A stretch of DNA of 64,000 bases from an uncultured Comamonadaceae bacterium (GCA_966211955.1 CBIHOF010000002.1:91581-155580), one strand, 5' to 3'; counted from the first letter of the stretch, positions 28,833-38,272 are shown. Notes: generated by a model from the sequence alone, not told the origin. Numbers and translations are program-made.

Positions 28833-28959
28833 GCGGGTCTCCTGCATGCAGGGTTGAGTCGATTCTAGGAAGCGGTGATGAACATCCACCGCAATGCCCC
28901 AGCGTCGCGGCGGGTCGCACGTCTGCGGTAGCCTTGCGGCTCCACGCAAGGAGCACGCC

Positions 28960-29826
28960 ATGCTCGACACCGTCATCGACGCACGCGCCGCCGACCTCGG
29001 CCACGGGTTGCTCGTGCGCCGCATCCTGCCGTTTGCCAAGCGGCGCATGGTCGGCCCGTTCATCTTCCTCGACCACGCCGGGCCGGTGAAGCTGCCGCCC
29101 GAGACCGCGCGCCAGGCCGACGTGCGGCCGCATCCGCACATTGGCCTCGCCACCGTGAGCTACCTGCTCGGCGGCGCGGTGACGCATCGCGACAGCCTCG
29201 GCATGGAGCAGATCATCCGGCCCGGCGACGTCAACTGGATGACAGCCGGCAAGGGCATCTCGCACTCCGAACGCTTCGAAGACCCGGCTGCGTTCGCGGG
29301 GCAAGGGCTGGAGCTGCTGCAATCGTGGGTGGCCCTGCCCGAGGAAGACGAAGAGACCGACCCCGCCTTCGACCACTACGCCATGGCCGTGCTGCCCGAG
29401 GCGCGCGAAGGCGGCGTGTGGATGCGCCTCATTGCGGGCGACGCCTTCGGGTTGCGCAGCCCCGTGCGCACGCATTCGCCGCTGTTCTACCTGCACGTCA
29501 CGCTCGACGCGGGCGCACGCATCGGCATGCCCAAGGGCCACACCGAGCGTGCTGCGTATGTGGTGGGCGGCAGCATCGAGGTCGATGGCCACACCTACCG
29601 CCCCGGCCAGATGCTCGTCGTCACGCCCGGCAGCGAGCAGACCCTGCAGGCGCTGGAGCCGACGACCGTGATGCTGCTCGGCGGCGAACCGCTCGGCGAA
29701 CGCCACATCTTCTGGAACTTCGTGTCCTCGCGCCGCGAGCGCATCGAGCAGGCGAAGGCGGATTGGAAGGCAGGGCGCATCAAGCTGCCGCCGAACGACG
29801 ACAAGGAATTCATTCCGTTGCCGTGA
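28960..29826 (+). CDS. pirin family protein
   Basis: VGPFIFLDH, HPHIGLATVSY, HRDSLG, WMTAGKGISHSE, LQSWVALP; RBS AAGGAG. Confidence 0.93.
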   Translation: MLDTVIDARAADLGHGLLVRRILPFAKRRMVGPFIFLDHAGPVKLPPETARQADVRPHPHIGLATVSYLLGGAVTHRDSLGMEQIIRPGDVNWMTAGKGISHSERFEDPAAFAGQGLELLQSWVALPEEDEETDPAFDHYAMAVLPEAREGGVWMRLIAGDAFGLRSPVRTHSPLFYLHVTLDAGARIGMPKGHTERAAYVVGGSIEVDGHTYRPGQMLVVTPGSEQTLQALEPTTVMLLGGEPLGERHIFWNFVSSRRERIEQAKADWKAGRIKLPPNDDKEFIPLP

Positions 29827-29926
29827 GAACGCAAGACTACAAAGACTTGGAGCTGACTTCTGTCGGGGGCTGATGGATATTGACGCCGAGTGGCGGCCTC
29901 TGCCGCTAGAATCTGCATGTTGTTGC

Positions 29927-29945
29927 GTACGGAAACTGTCCGTAC
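29927..29945. promoter_or_regulatory. putative TA operator palindrome
   Basis: GTACGGA-AACTG-TCCGTAC, about 20 bp upstream of the antitoxin start. Confidence 0.6.
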
Positions 29946-29966
29946 AGATCCACCGGACCCCGTCTC

Positions 29967-30287
29967 ATGCCCGCATCCAAGAACCGATCCAAGAAGGTTG
30001 CAGCGGTGGCCGCTTCGACGCAAAAGCGTCTTGACCTTCGTACCTCTGCGGAAGTCCGCGAGTTGATCGAAAGGGCTGCGGAGGTTTCCGGACGGTCGAT
30101 GACCGACCTGATCTTGGCCGGTGCCATGAAGGAGGCGCAATCGGTCATCGACAGTGCCAACGTCATCCGGTCCTCGCGCGAGGCGCAGGTCTGCTTCGCC
30201 AAGGCGCTGCTCGCGCCACCTCGCAAAAATGCGGCGTTGGCTCGTGCTTACAAGCACGAGAAGCGACTGTTGCGTTCTGACCTGTGA
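29967..30287 (+). CDS. DUF1778 ribbon-helix-helix antitoxin (TacA/AtaR-like)
   Basis: RLDLRTSAEVRELIERAA...SMTDLIL..A..EA..VI, ALLAPP; overlaps a GNAT gene. Confidence 0.88.
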   Translation: MPASKNRSKKVAAVAASTQKRLDLRTSAEVRELIERAAEVSGRSMTDLILAGAMKEAQSVIDSANVIRSSREAQVCFAKALLAPPRKNAALARAYKHEKRLLRSDL

Positions 30288-30778
30288 GCAGGCCGCCGTT
30301 CACACTTGTCCCGCTCGATCGAAAACTCAAGAGAGCCGCGTTCAATTGCGGTGTGCCGGCGCTGGACAGATATTTTCGCGAGCAGGTCGGACAGGACATG
30401 GACCGCCATGTGGCGTCATGTTTCGTCGCACTTGCAGGCGACGACGTGGCTGGCTTCTACACCCTTTGCGCTTGCGAAATGGCGGTTGACGAGTTGCCCG
30501 ACAACATGCGCAAGAAGTTGCCGCGCTATGACCGCATCCCGTGCGCGCTGCTGGGACGCTTGGCCGTGGCCACCGGCTACCAAGGGCAAAACCTGGGCGC
30601 CGCCTTGCTGGTCAATGCGATTCGACGTTGTGCCATGGCCGAAGTGGCCATTTTTGCATTGCTCGTAGATGCCAAGGATGAAGGTGGCGCCGCCTTCTAC
30701 GCTCATCATGGCTTCATCGCATGTCCTGGCGAAGCGTTGCGGCTCTTCCGCCCGATCCGCAAGTCCGACCGGGGCTGA
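30284..30778 (+). CDS. GNAT acetyltransferase toxin (TacT/AtaT-like)
   Basis: FNCGVPALDRYF, GFYTL, LLGRLAVATGYQGQNLGAALL, LVDAKDE..AAFYAHHGF. GTGA overlap. Confidence 0.88.
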   Translation: MSRPPFTLVPLDRKLKRAAFNCGVPALDRYFREQVGQDMDRHVASCFVALAGDDVAGFYTLCACEMAVDELPDNMRKKLPRYDRIPCALLGRLAVATGYQGQNLGAALLVNAIRRCAMAEVAIFALLVDAKDEGGAAFYAHHGFIACPGEALRLFRPIRKSDRG

Positions 30779-30787
30779 GACGACCCC

Positions 30788-30994
30788 ATGAACCAAAAGA
30801 TCGTCGGCTACCACCAGGACGAAGAACAGCACTGGGTCGCTGAGCTCGAATGCGGCCACAACCAGCACGTGCGACACGACCCGCCGTGGATCAACCGGCC
30901 GTGGGTGGTGACGCCCGAGGGCAGGGCGAAGGTGCTGGGGCAAACCTTGCCGTGCAAGAAGTGCGACGAGGGTGCGCCGACCGACTGGAAATGA
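30788..30994 (+). CDS. DUF3565 small CxxH/CxxC protein
   Basis: GYHQDEEQHWVAELECGHNQHVRHDPPW...LPCKKCD. Confidence 0.82.
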   Translation: MNQKIVGYHQDEEQHWVAELECGHNQHVRHDPPWINRPWVVTPEGRAKVLGQTLPCKKCDEGAPTDWK

Positions 30995-31035
30995 CAGCCG
31001 TTGGATCCAGCGGGACGGCGTGACGCAGCGACGCC

Positions 31036-32190
31036 TTAACGCGTGCCGACGACCTCGACTTCGACGCGACGGTCGGGCTGCAGGCAGGCGATGAGCTTCG
31101 GGCTGGGCTTGGTGCCCTTGCAATCCCCGGGCTGGGTGACCGCGGCGGACTCGCTCTTGCCGACTGCCGTGATCTTGGTGGCCTCGACCCCGCCCGCGCT
31201 GACCAGGTAGGCCTTGACCGCTTCGGCGCGATGCACCGACAACTTCTGGTTGTAGGCGGTCGAGCCCAGTCGGTCGGTGTGCCCCTCGACGGTGACCACG
31301 TCGAAGCTCGTTCCCTTGAGGTCCCGGGCGAACGCGTCGAGCGCCACCTTGCCCTCGGGCCTGATGACCCACTGGTCGAAACTGAACAGCGAGTCGGCCG
31401 AGAAGCTCACACGGCGACGCGCGGGGGCGGCCACGACGGGTGCGACCGGGGCCGGCGCCACGACCGGCGGTGGCGGTGGCGGCTGCGGAGCCGGCGCCAC
31501 GTAGGCGGGTGCGGCCGCCACGCGGGGTGCCGGGGCAGCCGCGCGGCCGAACGGGAAGACCAGGCTCAGCGAGAACACGTTGACGCCGCCGTGATTGCCC
31601 ACCGCATCGTTGATGCGATAGCGCTCGGCCTCGCCGCGCAGCAGCACCGAAGGGCTGAATGCGTACTGCAAGCCGGCCCCGTACTTGTAGTTGGTCTCGG
31701 TGCTGCTCGGGCTCGGGTTGAGCACGCTGACGGCGCCGGTCCCGCTGAAGGTGTCGCGCGCCCTCGCATGTTGTGCCCCGATTCGTGCAATGGCGGAAAA
31801 GCGCTCGGTCAGGGGCAAGGTGCCGACGAGGTCGAGGTTCAGGCCTTGCAGCTTGATCTGGCCGTTGAGTGTTCCGGCCGGCACGGTCGTCGACGTGAAG
31901 CCGAACTTGCCGAGGTTGAAATAGCCCGCCTCAAGGGCGAAGTTCCGGTTGAATTGGTAGCCACCGAACAGCTTGTAGGCCGTGTCGCTCTCGTCGCGCA
32001 CCATGGCCGTGGTGCTGAGGCCCGCACCAAGCAGGCTGGCGGTGATGCGAGGCTCGTCGATCTTCGCCCGCGACTGGCCGATCGACAGCCCGCCGTAGTA
32101 GTAGCTCCCGTCTTGCGCGAAGGACGAAGCGGCGAACAGGGCGCTGAATCCGGCAAGACTCAACAGGCGCAATGCGTTGACATTGTTCAT
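31036..32190 (-). CDS. OmpA family outer-membrane protein (beta-barrel + Pro linker + peptidoglycan-binding domain)
   Basis: Signal peptide, FGGYQFNRNFALEAGY barrel, Pro/Ala linker, VEGHTDRLGS..YNQKLS..RA, PDRRVEVEV. Confidence 0.92.
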   Translation of the reverse strand: MNNVNALRLLSLAGFSALFAASSFAQDGSYYYGGLSIGQSRAKIDEPRITASLLGAGLSTTAMVRDESDTAYKLFGGYQFNRNFALEAGYFNLGKFGFTSTTVPAGTLNGQIKLQGLNLDLVGTLPLTERFSAIARIGAQHARARDTFSGTGAVSVLNPSPSSTETNYKYGAGLQYAFSPSVLLRGEAERYRINDAVGNHGGVNVFSLSLVFPFGRAAAPAPRVAAAPAYVAPAPQPPPPPPVVAPAPVAPVVAAPARRRVSFSADSLFSFDQWVIRPEGKVALDAFARDLKGTSFDVVTVEGHTDRLGSTAYNQKLSVHRAEAVKAYLVSAGGVEATKITAVGKSESAAVTQPGDCKGTKPSPKLIACLQPDRRVEVEVVGTR

Positions 32191-32246
32191 CAGGTTCTTT
32201 CTGGCAGTCTGGTGACGTCGGTGGTGTGCACGTGGCGCGCGGGCGC

Positions 32247-34112
32247 TCACGGCGCGACGACGGTGGTGTTGACCATGGTCACCGAGGCGGTGAGGCCGAT
32301 GGCACGTCCGATCAAGGTGGTCTGCGCGGTCTGGCCAGCCGTCGAGATGGTCACCCCGGCCGGCGCGATGATGGTGCCCACCATCGTGCTGCCGTCCTCG
32401 ATGCGGGCCGCGCTGCCGACCTGCCAGAAGACGTTCCGGGCCTGGGCTCCGTTGATCAGCAACACACGGCGCGGCGTGGCGGTCAGGCCGACGGTCAATG
32501 CCGCGGCGCTCTGGAACACCCACACCGCATTGGCGTCGCCTTGTGCATCCAGGGTCAGGTCGCCGGTCGTGATGTCGAAGGTCCCGCCGGCGGAGGTGTA
32601 GACGGCCGGAGTCAGCACGAGGCCGCCCAGCTGGCCGGCGCCAGGGTCGCTTCCCGGCGGCATCGCAGCGAGGTCGTTGTAGGCCTGCAGCGCATCGGCA
32701 CGCGCCTGGGTCGCGATGGCCATGGTCGTCGCGGTCCCCGGTGCGGGCGGAGCGCAGTAGATGCTGCCGTTGACCGCGCCGATGTTCAGCGTCGTCTGCG
32801 TGTAGACATTGACCGCGTCGTGGAAGCCGGTGATCAGCGTGCAGGCCGCGGTGGTGCCGAGGTTGCCGTTGACGACGGTGTTGATCCCCTCGTTGGTGAC
32901 GCCCGCGGCGCCGCCAAATGCGCCGAACGATGCGGCGGAGCGCAGATTGACGCCGCCATTGCAGGCCAGCGTGCCGCTCGTGAAGCCCCAGGTCCGATCG
33001 GCTGCGAGTGCGTTGCCTGCCAGGTCTTTCACCCCGGCGCTGCCGGAGGCGATGGTCACGACGAACGCGGTGCTGGCTGAGAACCCGGCTGCGTTGGTGG
33101 GTGAGAAGCTCGCGGTCTGGCTCGCCGCGTCGTAGCTCACGGTGCCCGGGACAGCTGTGCCTGCGGCGGTCACGCGGAAGGTGGCCGCGGTGATGGTGGC
33201 TGCATCCATCGGCTCGCTGAAGGTGGCGCTGACGATCTTCGTCAGGCACACGCCCGCGGATGCGTCGAGCGGGCTGATCGCCGTCACGGTGGGTGCGGTG
33301 GTGTCACCCGCTGCGCCGGTGGTGAAGGCCCAGACATGTTGGCCCGCGTTCGGCAAGACTGCCATGTTGCCTGCCAGTGCGTTGCCGGCCAGGTCGGTCA
33401 CTGCCGTGGTGAGCGTCGCGGTGAACAAGGTGTTGTTCGCCAGTGGGGTGATGGACGGCGTGAAGGTCGCTGTCCGCGCTGCGGCCGAGTAGCTGACGCT
33501 GCCGCTCAGCGGTGTGCCGAGCGTGGTGTTCATCACGGTGAAGCTGGCGGCGGTGATCGTCGCCGGATTCATGTCCTCGCTGAAGGTCGCCGTGATGCTC
33601 GAGTTGTTGGGAACGCCAGCGGCGCCGGCGGCCGGCACGGTCAGCACGACGGTGGGGCGTGTCGTGTCGGCCAGTGCGGCGGTGGTGAAGGTCCACACGA
33701 AGTTGCTGGCGAGTGCGAAGCCGGCCGCGTTTTGTGCCGCGGTGGTCACGGTGGCCGTGCACAGTGTGTTGGCTGGGAGCGCCGAGCTCGGCGTCAACGT
33801 TGCCGTCTGGGTCGCGGCGTCGTAGGCGACCGCTGCGCTCACCGGCGTGCCTGCGGGGCAGGCCAGCGTGAAGCTCGACGGTGTAAGACTCGCCGGCGCC
33901 ATCGCTTGGCTGAAGGTGGCGGACACGGCACTGTTGGTGCCCACGCCCGTGGCGGCGGCTGCCGGCAACGTGGCGGTGACGGTCGGCGCGATGCCGACTC
34001 CCGGACTGCCAAGGATGGGATCGACACCCCCGCCGCAACCGGCGACGAATGCGAGTAGCAATGCGGGGATCCATCCGATCCGCGCCTTGAAGAGGCGATA
34101 GAGCTGCGTCAT
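32247..34112 (-). CDS. lipoprotein with three Ig-like (Big_5) domains and C-terminal DUF3494 ice-binding-like domain
   Basis: Lipobox FVAGC; three PTV..xP....GV......ATFS..M repeats; DUF3494 motifs AYNDLA, LTPAVY, LTLDAQGDANAVWVFQ, NVFWQVGSAA. Confidence 0.87.
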   Translation of the reverse strand: MTQLYRLFKARIGWIPALLLAFVAGCGGGVDPILGSPGVGIAPTVTATLPAAAATGVGTNSAVSATFSQAMAPASLTPSSFTLACPAGTPVSAAVAYDAATQTATLTPSSALPANTLCTATVTTAAQNAAGFALASNFVWTFTTAALADTTRPTVVLTVPAAGAAGVPNNSSITATFSEDMNPATITAASFTVMNTTLGTPLSGSVSYSAAARTATFTPSITPLANNTLFTATLTTAVTDLAGNALAGNMAVLPNAGQHVWAFTTGAAGDTTAPTVTAISPLDASAGVCLTKIVSATFSEPMDAATITAATFRVTAAGTAVPGTVSYDAASQTASFSPTNAAGFSASTAFVVTIASGSAGVKDLAGNALAADRTWGFTSGTLACNGGVNLRSAASFGAFGGAAGVTNEGINTVVNGNLGTTAACTLITGFHDAVNVYTQTTLNIGAVNGSIYCAPPAPGTATTMAIATQARADALQAYNDLAAMPPGSDPGAGQLGGLVLTPAVYTSAGGTFDITTGDLTLDAQGDANAVWVFQSAAALTVGLTATPRRVLLINGAQARNVFWQVGSAARIEDGSTMVGTIIAPAGVTISTAGQTAQTTLIGRAIGLTASVTMVNTTVVAP

Positions 34113-34401
34113 GTTGTGTCTTCCCTGATTGAGGGCCGCTCTTCGCGGCCTTGCGTGAGACGCGGTTGTAAAGCGGCCATGCCGCGTGCGTCTGTGCGTT
34201 GGCGCACACATCAAGAAGATGTGGTGGTCGAGGTACGGCAACGGGACCAAGGGCCTTGGACCCTGCGGTGCTGTCGCGTGGACTGCCAGCGAGTCATCGT
34301 GCGGTTGAGCAAACTCGTGGGCCGTGTCGGCCTGCGGCCTCATCAGTGGCGCCGACGCGGCGCGTGGAGCAACTCCCGTTGCGGCCCACCCGCAACCCGC
34401 C

Positions 34402-35277
34402 CTACACCTTCGCGCACATCATCCGAAATGCGCCACCGGTTCGCAGCCCATCCTTGCGACGTGCCAGGTATCGCGCGTTCAGCTCCCCGCCATCCCAGCT
34501 GCGGATGCCCCGGAAGCCGAGGGCATTCAGCTCGCCCTGGAAGCCCACCGGGTCGAACTGCGACTTCCAGGGCTCGCCTTCATCGGTGATGACGCGGCGG
34601 ATGTAGTCGTCGATCACGCGCTCGATGGGGTTCAGCATCGTTGGCGAGGCGCGATAGTCGAAGGTGACGCCACTGCCTGGTGGCATCGACGCGATGAAGC
34701 GCAAGGTGTTCATCACTGCTTCGCGCTCGAGGTACACCACCACGCCAAGCCATGAGAAACAGGCCGGGCGGTCGGGGCGGAAGCCGGCCGCGCACAGGCA
34801 TTCGCCGAGCGCGTCGCACTCGAAATCCACCGCAACGAACTTCATCGAATCGGGTGCGCGAATCGATGCCTCGGCCAGCAGCTTCCTCTTCCAGCGCTGG
34901 GTGGACGGATGGTCCACTTCGTAGACCATGAGTCCGCGCGGCGTGTGGATGTTGCGGTAGGCGAAGGTGTCCAGCCCCGCGCCGAGCACGACGTACTGCG
35001 TCACGCCGGATTCGACCGCGCGCGCGAGCTCGTCCTCGGCCATGCGGCTTCGCACGACGAGCGAGGCGCGCAGGCCGCGCCACAGCGGGTCGTTGTGCTG
35101 GTAGGGGTCTTCGCGCAACTGCGCTTCGGTGGCAGCGCCGAGGATGGGCAGCGCCAGCGGGTCGTCGAAGACGATGGGTTCGTCCAGGAGCTGGTGCGCT
35201 GCGCGCAAGACGGCCACGCGCCAGGCAGAGTGGCTGTGCTGGCCGGCATGGACGATGTTGGCGGTCGTCGCGGTCAT
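34402..35277 (-). CDS. class I SAM-dependent methyltransferase (LCM/TcmP-like)
   Basis: SAWRVAVLRA, VVRSR..ED, YVVLGAGLDTFAYR, YEVDHPSTQ, WLGVVVYL; RBS AGGAG. Confidence 0.87.
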   Translation of the reverse strand: MTATTANIVHAGQHSHSAWRVAVLRAAHQLLDEPIVFDDPLALPILGAATEAQLREDPYQHNDPLWRGLRASLVVRSRMAEDELARAVESGVTQYVVLGAGLDTFAYRNIHTPRGLMVYEVDHPSTQRWKRKLLAEASIRAPDSMKFVAVDFECDALGECLCAAGFRPDRPACFSWLGVVVYLEREAVMNTLRFIASMPPGSGVTFDYRASPTMLNPIERVIDDYIRRVITDEGEPWKSQFDPVGFQGELNALGFRGIRSWDGGELNARYLARRKDGLRTGGAFRMMCAKV

Positions 35278-35318
35278 CGCTCGCCTCTCCTGCTGATGCA
35301 CAAGCCTTCTGCCGAACC

Positions 35319-36353
35319 TCAGGCGGCGTGCGCTTGTGGTACGCGTGCCGCGCGCATCGATTCGAAGGCACGGTGCAGAAACTGCCGCGCTGCCTCCGAC
35401 AGCATGCCCGCATCACGCAGCAGCGGCTCGCCTTCGAAGGCCTGCATCATGCGCTGGCGCAGGCCGACGTCACCGCGCACCATGCGATCGCACAGCGCAT
35501 CCCAGCGGCCGGCCAGCGCATGGGCTTCGGTGCAATGTCCGTCACTGCCGCGCTCGATCAGCCGCGTCACGTCCTCGGCCAGTTCTCGCCACTGCGGCGC
35601 GAGCGTCTTGTCGATTCGCACGATGTCTTCTTCGCTCAGGTATTTGCGCATGGCCGCGAGCCGAAGCTCGATCGCCCGGCCGATGTAGTCCATCACGTCC
35701 AGGTCGATGCCATGCCGCCCGCGCGTGATGGACTCCTGCCGGTACATGCGGCCCCAACGCATCAGCCGGTCCATGTCGCCATCCATCCAGCGGATGGACA
35801 GGTCCATCCACTCTCGCGCGAGGCGCTGCACCGCCACCGCGTGCGGCGGTGTGTCCTGCGCCATTTGCTCGCGGATCTGCGCGACCAGTGGCGGCCATTC
35901 GCTGGCCAGGCGCTTGAGGTTGCCCAGGATGAGCCGCAGCTCTTCGGTATCGAAATACTTGCCGTAGGTGGACATCAGCGACAGCGTCCCCAGCCAGTCG
36001 TCGATGCCGGGCGCGCCGCCCGATGCCATCGCCGCCTGCACGAGCGTGAGCCGTGATCGCAGCTCGGTGGCCTGCGCAATCTCACGATCCAGCGATTGCA
36101 GCTGCCGCTCGATGATCGCCGGCAGCGATCCGCCATCGCGCGACAGCAGCTCGCCGATCTCCGCGAGCGTGAGCCCGAGCCGTCGCAGCGCCTGGATGCC
36201 GTGCAGCCGCGCCACGTCCGCGCCGTCGTACAGCCGGTAGCCGCCGTCTGAACGGCCGGAGGGCTTGAGCAGCCCGATCTCGTCGTAGTGGTGCAGCGTG
36301 CGGATGGTGAGGCCGCTGTGCCGCGCCAGTTCACCGACCTTCAGAAGTGACAT
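35319..36353 (-). CDS. MerR-family regulator with tandem TipAS-like ligand-binding domains (AlbA-like)
   Basis: VGELARHSGLTIRTLHHYDEIGLL HTH, coiled coil, then two repeats of Y(F/L)..E....(W)..L...(LA..W); 344 aa. Confidence 0.88.
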   Translation of the reverse strand: MSLLKVGELARHSGLTIRTLHHYDEIGLLKPSGRSDGGYRLYDGADVARLHGIQALRRLGLTLAEIGELLSRDGGSLPAIIERQLQSLDREIAQATELRSRLTLVQAAMASGGAPGIDDWLGTLSLMSTYGKYFDTEELRLILGNLKRLASEWPPLVAQIREQMAQDTPPHAVAVQRLAREWMDLSIRWMDGDMDRLMRWGRMYRQESITRGRHGIDLDVMDYIGRAIELRLAAMRKYLSEEDIVRIDKTLAPQWRELAEDVTRLIERGSDGHCTEAHALAGRWDALCDRMVRGDVGLRQRMMQAFEGEPLLRDAGMLSEAARQFLHRAFESMRAARVPQAHAA

Positions 36354-36384
36354 GGCTCCCTCGTCACATGATTCGTGGCGAGCG

Positions 36385-36415
36385 AGTATGAACCCTCACG
36401 CTACGAGAGGGTCAA
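36385..36415 (-). promoter_or_regulatory. MerR-type promoter (19-bp spacer with dyad)
   Basis: Minus strand TTGACC-19 nt-CATACT with dyad ACCCTC...GAGGGT, immediately upstream of the MerR gene. Confidence 0.8.
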
Positions 36416-36497
36416 GGTCGGGTGGGCTTCAGGGTCACTGGCAGCAGAACGACTTGGGTAAGCTCCGGGCCGACGCTCACTTCACCGGACACCTGCG

Positions 36498-36977
36498 ATG
36501 CGACTGCTGCCCTCCTTCACGCTCGCCCTTGCGAGCCTCGCAAGCCTCACCTTCGCGGCCCACGCCGAGTCCATCGGCGAGGTCGACACGGTCTTCAAGC
36601 TGATCGGCCCCGACCACAAGATCGTGGTCGATGCCTACGATGATCCGAAAGTGCAGGGCGTGACCTGCTATGTCTCGCGCGCCAAGACCGGCGGCATCAA
36701 GGGGGCCTTGGGCATCGCCGAGGACAAGGCCGAGGCGTCCATCGCCTGCCGGCAGGTCGGGCCGATCGCCTTCGCGAAGCCGCTGCCGGTGCAGGAGGAA
36801 GTGTTCAACGAACGCCTGAGCCTCGTCTTCAAGAAGCTGCGCATCGTGCGCATGGTCGACAAGCAGCGCAACGCGCTTGTCTACCTGACCTACTCCGACC
36901 GCGTGATCGAAGGGTCGCCGAAGAACTCCGTCACCGCGGTGCCGGTGGACCGCGGGACGGTGATCCCGGTGAAGTGA
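36498..36977 (+). CDS. creA: CreA family exported protein
   Basis: Signal peptide, [54 protein letters not shown]. Confidence 0.9.
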   Translation: MRLLPSFTLALASLASLTFAAHAESIGEVDTVFKLIGPDHKIVVDAYDDPKVQGVTCYVSRAKTGGIKGALGIAEDKAEASIACRQVGPIAFAKPLPVQEEVFNERLSLVFKKLRIVRMVDKQRNALVYLTYSDRVIEGSPKNSVTAVPVDRGTVIPVK

Positions 36978-37565
36978 TCAGCCCTTGCGCTCTTGCGCGT
37001 CGTGCTTCTCGTGGCGGATGCGCTTGCCCTGGCGGTTCTCGGCGTGCTGGACGCCGGCCTGCTCTTTCGCGCCGATGCGGCCGTCACGCGCCGCGACGTA
37101 CTCGCGCTTGTCGACCTTGGCCTGGCCGCGCTCCAGCTTGCTCACCTCACGGTTGGTGAGCGAGCCATTCTTGATGCCCTGCTCGACGCGCTGCTGCTGG
37201 TTGATGTTGCGCTGGACATCCGCCTGCGCCCGCTGTGACGAAGCCGACAGCGGGTTGCCGTTGACGCCGTTGTTCTTAGCGGTGTCGATGTCACGGCTCG
37301 TCTTGTTCTGCGCGGCCTGCAGGCGGGCTCTCTCTGCGTCGCTCAGCTTGCCGTCCTTCAGCGCCTGGGCCTGCAGCTTGTCGACCTTCGCTTCATCGCG
37401 CTCGAGCAACGATGCTTCGCGGGTGGTGATGCTGCCGCTCTGAAGGCCCTGCTCGATGCGCTTGTCCTGGTTCACGTCGCGCTGCACGGTGGACGCGGCG
37501 GTCTGCGCAAAGGCGCCGAAGCTGGCGCCGATGAGCGCGACGGTGAGGATGAGCTTGTGGTTCAT
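36978..37565 (-). CDS. hypothetical exported protein with two ~75-aa internal repeats
   Basis: Signal peptide, RBS AGGAG; repeats VQRDVNQDKRIEQGLQSGSIT.RE and VQRNINQQQRVEQGIKNGSLT.RE. Confidence 0.8.
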   Translation of the reverse strand: MNHKLILTVALIGASFGAFAQTAASTVQRDVNQDKRIEQGLQSGSITTREASLLERDEAKVDKLQAQALKDGKLSDAERARLQAAQNKTSRDIDTAKNNGVNGNPLSASSQRAQADVQRNINQQQRVEQGIKNGSLTNREVSKLERGQAKVDKREYVAARDGRIGAKEQAGVQHAENRQGKRIRHEKHDAQERKG

Positions 37566-37717
37566 TGCAGTTCTCCTGATGCGGATTTGAGATTCGGTCT
37601 GGGCCCGCTGTGCACAACGATGGCTGCATGGCCACGTTGACCACGTTCAAATCGTCACTTGGTGAAGTTGTGTTGAGCGTCAGGATCTGCTCAGGTGGGA
37701 AAGAGGCACGCCTCGGA

Positions 37718-38272
37718 TCAATCGAACAGATCCGGCGTCTGTGCCTCGGTGATGCGTGCGCCCTCGATGCCCAGCATCCGCAGCTTGGTGGTCAAGCCGC
37801 CCCGCGCCGAGAAGCCGCCGAGCCTGGTGCCTGCAGCGACGACGCGGTGGCAGGGCACGATGGGTGCGAACGGGTTCGCGCCCAGTGCCTGGCCGACGGC
37901 GCGCGCAGCGCCGGGGTCGTCCATGCGCGAGGCCACCTCGCCGTAGGTCAGCGTATGCCCGCGCGGGATCGCCTGCGTGATCTCGTAGACGCGGCGATGG
38001 AAAGCGGGCACGCCGTCCATGTCGAGCGGGATGCACGAGAGATCCACGTCGGCGCCTTCGAGCAATGCCACCACCTGGTCCATCGCGGCTTGCACCTCGG
38101 GTGGCGGCGCGCCTTCCACCGCATCTGCATGGCGCCGCTGCATGCGAGCGCGCAAGGTGGCTTCGCTCACGTCGGGCAACTGCATCGCACAGATGCCACG
38201 TTCGCCCCATGCCACGGCGCAAGGTCCGATGGAGGTGGGGAACAGCGCGAATCCGGTGGCGGCCACGTTCAC
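37718..38272 (-). CDS. ogt: methylated-DNA--protein-cysteine methyltransferase
   Basis: IPRGHTLTYGEVA, ARAVGQALGANP, PCHRV active site. Confidence 0.92.
   Translation of the reverse strand: MNVAATGFALFPTSIGPCAVAWGERGICAMQLPDVSEATLRARMQRRHADAVEGAPPPEVQAAMDQVVALLEGADVDLSCIPLDMDGVPAFHRRVYEITQAIPRGHTLTYGEVASRMDDPGAARAVGQALGANPFAPIVPCHRVVAAGTRLGGFSARGGLTTKLRMLGIEGARITEAQTPDLFD

Noticed and set aside
29880-29912. TTGACG...TAGAAT sigma70 promoter for the TA operon
   Set aside because: The spacer is 21 bp, too long to call.
31036-33249. 737-aa OmpA with a long N-terminal extension
   Set aside because: The extension is an off-frame overlap of the DUF3494 gene; a signal peptide starts at 32190.
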